Part shown: piece after piece, positions 37,328 through 47,273 of the stretch | Layout of the letters: every line of letters begins with the position of its first letter | Position numbering within the stretch: the first letter of the stretch is position 1 | Source of the DNA: an uncultured Lentisphaerales bacterium | GTDB taxonomy: Bacteria; Verrucomicrobiota; Kiritimatiellia; RFP12; JAAYLN01 | Assembly: GCA_964599645.1 (NCBI GenBank) | Contig: CAZRGQ010000005.1 | Span: 1 to 61,265 of the forward strand | DNA: 61,265 nt | Direction: 5' to 3' | Notes under the pieces: model-generated | The model's input: only the letters and a program-made list of their open reading frames with translations | What the model was told of the DNA's origin: nothing | Databases searched by the model: none | Made by a program: the position numbers and the translations under genes

Positions 37328-38269
37328 ATGAGTCGCAGAGTAGCGGTATTGGGCGCAGGCGGTATCGGCCGTCACCACGCCAACTGGTGGAATCTTGAAG
37401 GGGCCGAGGTGGTCGCCATCCTGGGCCGCAATGAAACCAGCGTGGCCGCCAGTGCGGCGCGCCTAAAAGAGATGTTCGGTTTCAGCGGCGCATGTTACAC
37501 AAAACTGTCGCAACTGCTCTCTGAGGTGCGCCCTGAGATTGTCGATGTCGCCACCCCGGCCCGGCTCCACTATCGACAGGTAGACCAGGCGTTGCGCGCC
37601 GGCTGCCATGTCTTGTGTGAAAAACCGCTGCACTTCGATCACCACGTGGATGAGGCCACACTGCTGAGTCAGGCCGAGGCGCTCGTCGAACTGGCCCATG
37701 ATGCCGGTCTGCTGCTGGGGCTCTGCTCCCAGTTTTCAATTGCCGCCCGCACCTGTGCCGCCCTGCGGCAGGAGCGTACACCAGCACCGCTGCAGCGGAT
37801 TATCATGGAGCTGCGCTCACCGGAACGCGGACGCTCCCCCAACCCGGCACAGACCTGGATCGATCTCGGGCCGCACCTCATTGCAGCCCTGCAGACGCTC
37901 CTGCCCGGCCACGAACCGGCCTGGCAGACCCTTAATGTGGCACGGGAGGGGCATAACGCCGCCTTTTCCTTTGAGATGGCGGGCAGCAGAGGTGTGGCGG
38001 TCGAATTGCAGGTTGGTTTTACCAACAGTAAACCGGCCAATGTCCGTCGTATTACGCTGAATGAAACCACCTTTGACCTGATCGGCGAAGCCGGCCCCGA
38101 CGGCCATTTCCGCATCCGCTACCGCTCCAGTGCCGGCGACGACAGCGCGCAGGAGGATCCGATGCGCCTCCTGCTCCGGGAGTTCCTGGCCGGCACACCG
38201 CCGCTTGATGCTACAGCGGCCCTGCTCAATCAGCGCTGGCTGCTGCACCTGCTGCTGGCTTTGCGCTGA
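37328..38269 (+). CDS. Gfo/Idh/MocA family oxidoreductase
   Basis: GAGGIGRHH Rossmann motif, HVLCEKP, DLGPH. Confidence 0.88.
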   Translation: MSRRVAVLGAGGIGRHHANWWNLEGAEVVAILGRNETSVAASAARLKEMFGFSGACYTKLSQLLSEVRPEIVDVATPARLHYRQVDQALRAGCHVLCEKPLHFDHHVDEATLLSQAEALVELAHDAGLLLGLCSQFSIAARTCAALRQERTPAPLQRIIMELRSPERGRSPNPAQTWIDLGPHLIAALQTLLPGHEPAWQTLNVAREGHNAAFSFEMAGSRGVAVELQVGFTNSKPANVRRITLNETTFDLIGEAGPDGHFRIRYRSSAGDDSAQEDPMRLLLREFLAGTPPLDATAALLNQRWLLHLLLALR

Positions 38270-38296
38270 CCATAGGTGCCCCACCCTCACGGCTCG

Positions 38297-39115
38297 CTAT
38301 TTTCTGCTGCGACGTTCAAATTCGCGGGCAAAATCGCGGTAGGCCTGCGCCCCTTTGGAAGAGGGGTCGTAATCGATAATCGGTTTGCCGAAGCTGGGAG
38401 CCTCGCTCAGACGCACATTGCGCGGGATAACGCTCTCATAGACCAACTTCCCGAAGTGCTGCCGCACCTCGGCCATCACATCCTGCGCCAGACGGGTGCG
38501 CCCGTCAAACATCGTCATCAGGATGCCTTCGATCATCAGGTTGGGGTTGGCACCATTCTGCCGCAGATGGTCGATCAGGTTGGTAATCACACTCAACCCC
38601 TCCATGGCATAGTATTCCGACTGCATCGTCACCACCACGCCATCGGCGGCCGCCAGTGAGGAGGTCATCAAAATACCAAGTGAAGGGGGGCAGTCCATCA
38701 GGACGAAGTCGAAAACGCGCGCCTCCAACACCCGTGCCAGCGCTTTGCGTACGCTCTGCAGATGGTCGTCCTGCCGCGCAATCTCGATTTCAGCGCCGGC
38801 CAGATCGATCTCCGAGGGGATGATGTTGAGATTTTCATAGGGAGTAGGCTGGATGATGTCGGCCACATCAGAGGCCCCCGTCAAGACGGGGTAGAGGCTG
38901 TAGCCCCGGGTGGGCGTCAGTCCCAGACCACTGGTGGCGTTGGCCTGCGGATCGAGATCGACCACCAGCACGGTGCGTTTACGCTCGGCCAGCGCCGCCG
39001 CCAGGTTAACGACAGTCGTCGTCTTGCCGACCCCGCCTTTCTGGTTGGCCACCGCTACTACACGCGTACTGTTCCGTCCCGTCTGCTCTGCGCTCTGCAT
39101 CGTCTGCCTCCTCAT
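38297..39115 (-). CDS. ParA/Soj family ATPase
   Basis: NQKGGVGKTTT, DLDPQANATSGLG, DCPPSLG, IPRNVRLSEAPSFG. Start uncertain (39115 or 39100). Confidence 0.93.
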   Translation of the reverse strand: MRRQTMQSAEQTGRNSTRVVAVANQKGGVGKTTTVVNLAAALAERKRTVLVVDLDPQANATSGLGLTPTRGYSLYPVLTGASDVADIIQPTPYENLNIIPSEIDLAGAEIEIARQDDHLQSVRKALARVLEARVFDFVLMDCPPSLGILMTSSLAAADGVVVTMQSEYYAMEGLSVITNLIDHLRQNGANPNLMIEGILMTMFDGRTRLAQDVMAEVRQHFGKLVYESVIPRNVRLSEAPSFGKPIIDYDPSSKGAQAYRDFAREFERRSRK

Positions 39116-39119
39116 GACG

Positions 39120-39689
39120 CTACGCGCGTCCCAAAAACTCACCGCTGCGGGTGTCGATTCTGATCAATTCACCCCGCTCCAGATACTCCGGCACCTGTAC
39201 CACCAGACCGGTAGCCGTGCGGGCCGGCTTATTGCGTGCCGTTACCGTCTGCCCGCGCATGGTGGGATCGCACTCGACGATCTCCTGCACTACCTGTGAG
39301 GGCAGCTCAATGGCAGCCGGACGGCCAGCCACAAGCAGACAGCGGAGCCCCTCCAGCTCCTCGACCAGATAAGGGGCCTGCTCCTCCAGCTCATCGGCTG
39401 TCAGTGTAAACTGGGAGTAGTCGGCCTCATCCATGAAGACGTAACTGTCGTCATGTTCCCGATAGAGAAACTGCACCGGACGCCGCTCCACCGCCACATC
39501 TTCAAACTTCTCCTCGCCCTTGCAGGTCTGGTCCAGCTTGGCTTTGGTAATGAGATTGCGGAAGCGGAAGCGGAAGAGCGTGGCGGCGCCACGCGCACTC
39601 GGCGTCGAGACCCGCAGGTTTTCAACCACATGCGGGGCGCCACCGATTAAAACAACGCTGTTACGACTTAACTCTGATGCTCTGGCCAT
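39120..39689 (-). CDS. yeiP: Elongation factor P-like protein EfpL (YeiP)
   Basis: Loop TPSARGAATL is YeiP-type rather than the EF-P PGKG; C-terminal VQVPEYL..GE.IRIDTRSGEFLGRA. Confidence 0.85.
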   Translation of the reverse strand: MARASELSRNSVVLIGGAPHVVENLRVSTPSARGAATLFRFRFRNLITKAKLDQTCKGEEKFEDVAVERRPVQFLYREHDDSYVFMDEADYSQFTLTADELEEQAPYLVEELEGLRCLLVAGRPAAIELPSQVVQEIVECDPTMRGQTVTARNKPARTATGLVVQVPEYLERGELIRIDTRSGEFLGRA

Positions 39690-39788
39690 AAACTCCTCAA
39701 TTTGCAGAAAGCGTTGACCAGATTAGCAAAATACCGGCACGGCGGCGAGTGTGCAGTTGTGCCCCTATTTTACGGAAGTTGTCACAAC

Positions 39789-40421
39789 CTCTGCCTCTTT
39801 TCATGCTCAACCCCTTGCGCTTGCGGCTCAGCAGGAGCTTCGCCCTACTGTCTCAGTGGAAACCGGGGACAGAGAAACAGCCGACGATAAGCTCTTCGTC
39901 TAACTCTTTGTCTCGCTCCTCGTCTAACCCTTTGTCTCGATCTTCGTCAACGCGAGACAATGATCGGGACGAAGATGAAGAGGACAATGATCGGGACGAA
40001 GATCGAGACAGAGATTGGAGACACCGTTGCTACTCATTCTCTGTCCCTCTGGCACCGACGCACTGTGGTGGCTGAATGGCACAGCATGGCCGGAGTACCG
40101 GCTTCAGCCAGAAGCCAAAAAGAGCCTTTAGGCCCGACTGAACACGGCTGTAATCGGAGCTGAAGCTCCTGGTTTGCTACCGCCTGAAGGCTGGACTCCG
40201 ACGCGGGGCGACAGAAACCAAGCGGGGCTGCAGCGAGATAAGCCGTTGTGGCGCACAGGCGGAATGCCTGCGGTACAGTGGGGTGCATGCAGCGGGCCAC
40301 TTACTCGCCACTCTCTTACTCGATAAAACACTTACTCGCACACTTATTTACCTCGCCCTGTTTAAGGCAGCCGTTTAGGAGTAAAGGTTTAAGGCTGGGA
40401 GGTTTCAGAGCACCGTTTATG
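39789..40421. repeat. Mosaic of several REP-like and short-repeat families in a long intergenic region
   Basis: 58-bp element shared with 55445-55501; 21-bp direct repeats at 39956 and 39983; 16-bp perfect inverted repeat 39933-48/39995-40010; inverted pair 40092-111/40180-199; CTTACTCG three times; inverted copy of 7704-7769 at 40354-40421. Confidence 0.8.
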
Positions 40422-40550
40422 CTCACAGCTGCCTCCCCCCCTGCCACTGACTGATTACATTAGACCTGACAACGATGCTGACAACATGAAACCACTCTGC
40501 TATATTGGTGGCTACTACAGACCGATCAACTTTTTCAAAAAGAGACAGTT

Positions 40551-43500
40551 ATGCAGGGTATGAGAGAGATCAGAGTGGCGTTACTCTTTGTAATGTCGGC
40601 GGCCTTGACCGGTAGCGGGGCCGACTACTATCGTGAGAATTTCCGTCGTTACAGTGCGCAGGTGCCGGGGGTGGTGCGTGACAACGGGGCCACCGTGGCC
40701 AACGATCCGATCTGGGTCGATCGCGGCGAAATACGCTTCAAACCGGAGCGCAGCGGCTACCTCTTCGACGAGTTTCAGGCGGGCGCGCTGCCGGCCGGGG
40801 TCACGAGCTACGATCTCTGCTTTACCTATCGCCTGATGCAGCAGAGCCGGGGAGCTTTTGATCTCGTCTTGCGCGATGTCGCGGAGAGTGAGCTGCGGCT
40901 TACATTTGCGGCCGACGAGGTGGTGGTGCAGCGTCCTGAGGGGGCACTGCGTGGCGCCTTGCCACCGGAGGTGCAGCAGGAGGGTTTCCGCTTCGTCACG
41001 GTCAAGGTGGCCGATGGCGCCATTGCCGTCCACTCCGACCGCCATCGCGTCTATCAGGAGATCGTGGCCGGCCCGGTTAAGCTGGCGGCGCTCAAGGGCT
41101 TCAACTTTTATGCCTCCACCAACGTCTCTTTCGGTGTTACCGATATCGTCTTGCGCGATCCGGCACCTCTGACCACCTGGCCGGTAGAGCAGCACTTTGC
41201 CGCCTTTGAGAGTCTCAAGGATGAGGCCGGCTTTGCCGGCGCCAGGAGCGTCAGTGAGGTGACGCTGACAGGAAATGGCGATGGCGTCAAGTTCAGGGTG
41301 GGCGACTCTGAGCCAGAGTTGATCCTCTCCTGGAGCGATGGCCGCAGCCAGAGCTATCCAATCAAGATCGGCGAGGTCAAGATCACGCGCAAGGTGCCGG
41401 GACTGGCAGGCGAGGCGCTGCATGACGGAACGATCCAGGTGGGGCGTCTTGCGACCCAGTATGTGAAGCCGCTCTTGCGCCGCTACCACTCCAACTCCAA
41501 ATATGTGCCGGCGCTGGTCGATATTATCCGTGATGATGCGCTCCTGCCGGTGGCCTCGGAGCACCCCTTTGACATCGACCTGCAGCGTCTGCCCGACGGT
41601 TCGCTCGATCTCTACTTTGATGGTTCATTTGTCTTGAACCAGAAGCAGGGGGCAGCCTCCTTTGAAAAGGCGACGCTCAAGTTCAAGCAGCCGACGTCGG
41701 TGGTAGTGAAACCGGGGCTCAAGAACGTCAATACCGCGCGCTATGTGCCGCTCGATTTGGCCGCCAACCCGCGGGCCAAAGCCTTTATCGATGCCAAGTT
41801 GAGCCTGCCGCCCGGTTTGCAGACTATCGGCGCCGTGCCGCTCAATATCGTGGCACCGGCGGCTTCAGCCGACGTCGGCATCTGCCGCCAGGGCATGGGC
41901 GACTGGGCGCTGGAGGTTGATGAGTATACCGCGCGCAGTCCGCTTGACGGCTTCTCCTCGGCCATTCACTACCGTTTGCCACCGGCCCACTATACCAAGG
42001 CGTGGCTGGTGGCGGCGCTCGATCCCGACAGCGCCAAAGACCCGGTGCTGGTGGCGCGTATCGGCCACTACACCAGCGCCGGCTCGGGTGGCAACCTGCT
42101 GGCCGACAGCCGCATCGACCTGCCGCGTGGCACAGCCCTGCCCGACAACGTCAAAGAGATCGGCAGTGTCACTCACAAGGGAGCAACGTTGCCCCTCTAT
42201 CTGATTGAACTGCCACTCGATGCCAGCAAGGTGCTCGATCATGCTTCGCAGCGCGCCTACGTTGACTTTGAGGTTTTCGGTAAGCCGTGGGTCAATTTCG
42301 AGCAGGTCGACCGCACCGTCAAGCCCGACCCCCACTCGACCAGCGCCTTCCAGCTCTTCGGTATCACGCTTGAGAAGGCTCCTGTCGTGATGGAGATGGT
42401 GCAGGCTGTGCCGGGCAACGTCTTTACCCTGGAGGAGCAGGCCACCACCGCCGTTGCCCTGACGGCGTTGCACCCCGTCAGCCTGCGTCTGGCGTGGCGC
42501 GCATACGACAGCAACGGTGCCGAGGTGTTCAACGACGCCAGCAACGTTGCGCTGCAACAGGCAGGTGCCTCCCAGAAGATTACGATCCCCCTCAAGGCAA
42601 CGCAGCCGGGTCTCTACCACCTCGAGATCGCACTGCAGGATGAGACCGGCCGGGAGTTGCTGCGCCATGCAGCCCGCTTTGCCATCGTCCTGCCGGAGCG
42701 TCGTCTGGCCGGACGCCACAACTCGCCCTACGCCACCTGGTGGTTTGCGCGGGCACACGGTGGTACAGATGACCTCGACATTATCGGACCACTCTTCCGC
42801 AAGGCGGGCATTCGCCGCATGTCGTGGAAGACGATTCCTGATGCCGATCCCAAGATGGTGGAGTATGGCCTCACCAGCTCGGGCCAGTTCAGAATCCCGC
42901 TCAAGGCAGCCGACCTCGATGCGACGGGCACGGCCTTCAAGCCGCAACCGCTCGAAAAGGCGCTAGCCGCAGTTAACGACTACTTCAAGCGCTGTCCCGA
43001 GGCCGATACGATCATGGTCTGGCATGAGTCGGCCCCGAGCTACGGCATTCCCGAAGAGCTGCTCGGACTGCCGATCCCTGAAGCCAATGAGCGTCAGAAG
43101 CTCAACGGCCCCTTTATCAACGCCGTCGGCAAAGTGATTCGCGACAACTTCCCCGGCAAGAAGATTCAGATCGGCAACAGCACCAGCTCAATCGGCGCGG
43201 CCACACTGCCGCTGCGGCATGGCGCCAACCCTGACTACTATGACTACCTCGGTATCGAGATACCGTCACAGGTGGTTATGCCCGAGCGTCTGATCGAGGT
43301 GGGCTTGCAGGGGATGCGCATCACGCAGGATATCGCCACCCGCCTGGCCGGGCGCAAGGTGGCGCTGAACGCCTGTTTTGAATATACCTACCGCTGTGAA
43401 CGCGACATGGGCGAGCAGCAGCAGGCCGAGTGGTATATGCGTGATGCCCTGATCTCGTTGGCCAATGAGATGCAGCTTATCGGTCCCGGCGTCTTCGTCG

Positions 43501-44570
43501 ATGCCGCCAATGCCTACTACAACGGCCTCTGGGGCGGGAGCGGCATTATCACGCGCCTCCCCTGGCTCTATCCCAAGCGAGCCTACGTAGCCTATTCAGC
43601 CCTGACGGCCATCCTCGACCAGGTCAAGCTGCGTGGCCAGTTGCCGACCGGCTCCACCACCACTTATGCCCTCGCCTTTGAGAGGGCCGACCAACAGCAC
43701 GCCACCGCCCTCTGGTGTGCCCGCGGCGCGGCCGACTTCAATGTAACCTTCGGCGGCAACGCCAAGGTGACGCTCTACGATATCTACGGACGCTCCACTA
43801 CGCAAAGGGGCAGCAGCATCGTAGTCAAGGGTGGCACAGCCGTCAGCTATCTGGTGAGCGACCTGCCGGTGGCAGAGGTGGCCATCACCGGGCGCTCCTT
43901 CCCGCGTGATGAGGCGCGTGCGGCAGCGGCCCAAGTGGTAGAGCCGCTCGCGACGATGCAGGGAGTTGTCATGGCAGCCGATCCCGACTTCACTCATACC
44001 CACACCCGCTATCTGCCGCTGCTCAAGCCCTCTGACTTTACGCTGCAGGAGGTCAAAGACAGCGAAAAGGGCGACTGCCTCGAAGTGACGCTCGATCTGA
44101 GCAAAAACAGTGACACCAGCAAGTATATCACCGAGTTTACCACCCTCACCTTTGCCGAACCCAAAGTGGTGGAGGGCGAGCCGGCCGCGATCGGCCTCTG
44201 GGTGAAGGGCAACTCCAACTGGGGGCAGATCCGCTTTACAATCGAGGATGCCCAGGGCGAAATCTTCAAATCGATCAGCCCTACCGGTTATGGTTGCGAT
44301 GTGCTCGACTGGCCCGGCAATCTGGCGGTCAACTTCGACGGCTGGTGTCATGTGGCCCACCCGTTGCGTACGAGTCGCTTCTTCAACGACCACAGTCCGG
44401 GCGGTGTCGATGAGCAGTGGATTTCGAGTGGCGGCGACAAGGTAATCGACTTCCCGATCAAGATCAAGGCGATTACCGTCGGCATGAATCGCACCAAACT
44501 CGACCTGACCGGCTTCGTGCCCAGTGAGCCGTCGCTTCGGCTGAAAGACCTGGGCGCACTGCAGGAGTAG
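40551..44570 (+). CDS. Large secreted multidomain protein, putative clan GH-A-like glycoside hydrolase with accessory domains
   Basis: Signal peptide; Ig-like segment (QPGLYHL); barrel-like region with VWHES, DYYDYLG, NACFEY, PKRAYVAY; C-terminal IGLWVKGNSNW binding-module-like segment. Confidence 0.55.
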   Translation: MQGMREIRVALLFVMSAALTGSGADYYRENFRRYSAQVPGVVRDNGATVANDPIWVDRGEIRFKPERSGYLFDEFQAGALPAGVTSYDLCFTYRLMQQSRGAFDLVLRDVAESELRLTFAADEVVVQRPEGALRGALPPEVQQEGFRFVTVKVADGAIAVHSDRHRVYQEIVAGPVKLAALKGFNFYASTNVSFGVTDIVLRDPAPLTTWPVEQHFAAFESLKDEAGFAGARSVSEVTLTGNGDGVKFRVGDSEPELILSWSDGRSQSYPIKIGEVKITRKVPGLAGEALHDGTIQVGRLATQYVKPLLRRYHSNSKYVPALVDIIRDDALLPVASEHPFDIDLQRLPDGSLDLYFDGSFVLNQKQGAASFEKATLKFKQPTSVVVKPGLKNVNTARYVPLDLAANPRAKAFIDAKLSLPPGLQTIGAVPLNIVAPAASADVGICRQGMGDWALEVDEYTARSPLDGFSSAIHYRLPPAHYTKAWLVAALDPDSAKDPVLVARIGHYTSAGSGGNLLADSRIDLPRGTALPDNVKEIGSVTHKGATLPLYLIELPLDASKVLDHASQRAYVDFEVFGKPWVNFEQVDRTVKPDPHSTSAFQLFGITLEKAPVVMEMVQAVPGNVFTLEEQATTAVALTALHPVSLRLAWRAYDSNGAEVFNDASNVALQQAGASQKITIPLKATQPGLYHLEIALQDETGRELLRHAARFAIVLPERRLAGRHNSPYATWWFARAHGGTDDLDIIGPLFRKAGIRRMSWKTIPDADPKMVEYGLTSSGQFRIPLKAADLDATGTAFKPQPLEKALAAVNDYFKRCPEADTIMVWHESAPSYGIPEELLGLPIPEANERQKLNGPFINAVGKVIRDNFPGKKIQIGNSTSSIGAATLPLRHGANPDYYDYLGIEIPSQVVMPERLIEVGLQGMRITQDIATRLAGRKVALNACFEYTYRCERDMGEQQQAEWYMRDALISLANEMQLIGPGVFVDAANAYYNGLWGGSGIITRLPWLYPKRAYVAYSALTAILDQVKLRGQLPTGSTTTYALAFERADQQHATALWCARGAADFNVTFGGNAKVTLYDIYGRSTTQRGSSIVVKGGTAVSYLVSDLPVAEVAITGRSFPRDEARAAAAQVVEPLATMQGVVMAADPDFTHTHTRYLPLLKPSDFTLQEVKDSEKGDCLEVTLDLSKNSDTSKYITEFTTLTFAEPKVVEGEPAAIGLWVKGNSNWGQIRFTIEDAQGEIFKSISPTGYGCDVLDWPGNLAVNFDGWCHVAHPLRTSRFFNDHSPGGVDEQWISSGGDKVIDFPIKIKAITVGMNRTKLDLTGFVPSEPSLRLKDLGALQE

Positions 44571-44756
44571 CCCTCAGATAAAAGCATAATTGCGACACAC
44601 TCTACCTCATGCCTGACATCTTTTTACTGAACTAACAATTTTCGTATTGAATTGTTTTTTCAAAACGGTTATAAGCTGAGTTCACTGTTTGCAGGCAACC
44701 GAGGGTTATCCTTGTGTTGTTACCTGTGGGGTTTGGCAGTCTTGTCAGGAGTAGTG

Positions 44757-45452
44757 ATGAAGTCGAAAACGAAACGCTGTTACCGTGCAATAAATCTGAC
44801 ACTCTTTGCACTATTGGCCGGGTTGGGCTTGCTGTTTACGTCCGGCTGTGAAAGCAGTAACCACGATGACGAAGAGAGTGCAGAGACTCCGATAGAGGAG
44901 AGCGATGATTCCACAAAAGAGAGCGCCAAGCAGCAGAGTAGCAACAATCCAAGCGAGGCGCTCTTTCCCGATGGCTTGCATCCCAACAGCGCTGGCGCAG
45001 GCAAGATTGCCAAAGCATTTGCCGCTGCTTTGGGTGGCGCATCCGATGAGACGCTGCCGATAGTCTGTCTTGGTGACAGTATCACTGTAGGTGGTTATCC
45101 GGCGAAGTTGGCCACAATAACCGGTCGCGAGGTCATCAATGCCGGTAAAGGAGGTGAAAAGAGCGCTGGTGGTGCCGGAAGGGTCGCCACTGTTCTAACA
45201 GAACATAACCCCGCCTATCTCTGTATTCTCTATGGTATCAACGACTTGATTTCCCACAAATCGACGAGTGAAGTGATCGCCAACCTCAACTCGATTGTGG
45301 CTACGGCAAAAGCAACAGGGGTAGTACCGATTGTAGGCACACTCACACCGGTCTTCGGGCATTATGAACATCTCCAGCCAGAGGTCAACAAGCTTAACAG
45401 CAGCATTCGCGGCATGGGGGTCAAAGTGGCCAATATCGCCGGTTCTTTTTAG
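44757..45452 (+). CDS. Lipoprotein SGNH/GDSL hydrolase with circularly permuted motif order
   Basis: Shine-Dalgarno plus ATG 44757; lipobox-like FTSGC; DGLHPN (44970-87) precedes GDSIT (45072-86), NAGKGG and GIND (45234-45). Confidence 0.85.
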   Translation: MKSKTKRCYRAINLTLFALLAGLGLLFTSGCESSNHDDEESAETPIEESDDSTKESAKQQSSNNPSEALFPDGLHPNSAGAGKIAKAFAAALGGASDETLPIVCLGDSITVGGYPAKLATITGREVINAGKGGEKSAGGAGRVATVLTEHNPAYLCILYGINDLISHKSTSEVIANLNSIVATAKATGVVPIVGTLTPVFGHYEHLQPEVNKLNSSIRGMGVKVANIAGSF

Positions 45453-45523
45453 TGAGTCAGCGCTACCCGGCTTCCCGGAAAAATCATGGGGGTGCGATCC
45501 ACAATAGTGGATGGCATCAAGAA

Positions 45524-45552
45524 TTGACAGAGAGCCCAAAAGTTGCTATGCT
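45524..45552 (+). promoter_or_regulatory. Near-consensus sigma70 promoter
   Basis: TTGACA (45524-29), 17 bp, TATGCT (45547-52) with an extended -10 TG. Confidence 0.6.
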
Positions 45553-45650
45553 ATCTTCAACTGAAGAGCCCTCTACTTTTTGATGGCGTTTGGTTACGCA
45601 CGTTGAATGGTAGCGGGCTTGGTTAAAACCGCTGATGAGAGGAGCCATTC

Positions 45651-47264
45651 ATGCACAAATCCCATCATAATTCTTTGCAGGAGCCAGCCCTCCATGAGAT
45701 GCTGCATCTCTATAAAGAGAAGAGTTATTGGCAGCGCCTCGGGCTGATGTTTGCCGGTCTCGGCAGACCGCATGAGAGCCGGGAGTACAAAATCGCCCGC
45801 ACCGAGCTGCAGCGTCAGGCAGCTCCCCTTCTGGCCATCACCCTGCCGCTGCTCACGATCCTGCTGCTGGCGCTCCTGGCCAAAACGCACGAAACTGAGG
45901 TGCCGGTCATCCAGACCGAGATCAAGGATCCGGTCGTGGTCGAAAAGCTGAAAGAGCTCTTAAAACGTGACCCACCACCTGATCCACTGCAACTGAAGCA
46001 AGTCGACTTCACCCCTGCTAACGCCATGAACCAGCCGGTGATTACCCCTGATGAGACGGCACCACTGCCGCAAAAGCCGATCGTCTCTGTCTTGCCGATA
46101 CCGAGTCCCATTGTCATTCCCGGCATCTTCAGCGATCCTCGCAGCCCCGGCAAACGTACCGAGCTGCTTGGTGATCATGGTGGCAATCAAGCCACCGAGA
46201 CAGCCGTAATACGTGCCCTGCGCTGGCTCAAGACGCAACAGAACGCCGACGGCTCCTGGGGCCCTAACAAGACTGCCATGACCTCGCTGGTACTCCTCTC
46301 CTATCTGGCGCATGGCGAAAAACCCGACTCCAAAGAGTTTGGCGACAACGTATTGCGTGGCATCGAGTATCTGCTCAAGTCGCAGCCGGCCAGTGGCCAG
46401 TGGCCCGGCAACTATGAGCACTATATCGCCACCTACGCCCTCTCCGAAGCCTACGGCATGACCCAGAACCCCACCCTTCGGGTGGCTGTCGACCGTGCTG
46501 TCAAACTGATCATCGAGGGCCAGCATCCGACCGGCGGCTGGGACTACGCCCTCAAGCAGAATGATCGTGACGACACCTCTGTCATGGGTTGGGCTGCGCA
46601 GGCGCTCAAGGCTGCCATCATGGCCGACTTCTACAGTGACCCCGAAGCGCTGCTGCGTGCCAGCAAGCTCTCTGTCAAAGGCTTCCAGCAGAATGCCGAT
46701 GCCAGCGGTGGTTTCGGTTACGTCAGCAAAGGACGCGGCGGACTAACCTCAGTCGGTGTGCTCGGCATGCAGTTTCACAATGCCGGCAACTACCCGGAGG
46801 TGCGCAAGTCGTTGGAGTTGATGGACTCCTGGATTCCCGCCTGGAACGGCTCAACGCCGCAGCGGCGTCTTGCCAGAGATGAGACGCCTGCCAAAGTCGC
46901 CGGGCTCCCGCCCGGTGCCAACACGCAATACTACTACTACTATGCCACCCAGGCGATGTTCCAAAGCGGTGGCAAACGCTGGGAGCGGTGGAACGGGAGA
47001 ATGTGGCCCGACTACGTCAAGGCGCAGTTCGTCGAAGAGCAGGCAATCGCCGATCCTCAGGGAGTCATGCAGGATATCGGCTGGTGGGAGAATGGCGACA
47101 ACTCCGGCTCAAACCAGCGCCCGGTAATGGACACCTGCCTCGCCGCCCTGCAACTGATGGTCTACTATCGCTACCTGCCGACCTTCAAGGCCGTCGATAT
47201 CCCTGGCGACGTCATTGCCAGTGTAGAGGATAGTGGCGATATCAAGGTCGACAGCAGCCTCTAA
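45651..47264 (+). CDS. Membrane-anchored prenyltransferase/squalene-oxidase-repeat (alpha/alpha barrel) protein
   Basis: N-terminal TM, Pro-rich linker, ALRWLKTQQNADGSW, YLLKSQ, QHPTGGWDY, DTSVMGW, QQNADASGGFGY, YYYYYATQAMF. Confidence 0.8.
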   Translation: MHKSHHNSLQEPALHEMLHLYKEKSYWQRLGLMFAGLGRPHESREYKIARTELQRQAAPLLAITLPLLTILLLALLAKTHETEVPVIQTEIKDPVVVEKLKELLKRDPPPDPLQLKQVDFTPANAMNQPVITPDETAPLPQKPIVSVLPIPSPIVIPGIFSDPRSPGKRTELLGDHGGNQATETAVIRALRWLKTQQNADGSWGPNKTAMTSLVLLSYLAHGEKPDSKEFGDNVLRGIEYLLKSQPASGQWPGNYEHYIATYALSEAYGMTQNPTLRVAVDRAVKLIIEGQHPTGGWDYALKQNDRDDTSVMGWAAQALKAAIMADFYSDPEALLRASKLSVKGFQQNADASGGFGYVSKGRGGLTSVGVLGMQFHNAGNYPEVRKSLELMDSWIPAWNGSTPQRRLARDETPAKVAGLPPGANTQYYYYYATQAMFQSGGKRWERWNGRMWPDYVKAQFVEEQAIADPQGVMQDIGWWENGDNSGSNQRPVMDTCLAALQLMVYYRYLPTFKAVDIPGDVIASVEDSGDIKVDSSL

Positions 47265-47273
47265 GCACAACCG

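Noticed and set aside
39749-40075. 108-aa Ser/Arg/Asp-rich ORF
   Set aside because: It is explained by translation of non-coding direct and inverted repeats, and has no RBS or domain.
45453-45527. In-frame VDGIKN after the SGNH stop as a remnant block V
   Set aside because: It follows two consecutive stops, lacks the catalytic His, and overlaps a hairpin and the next promoter; most likely chance.
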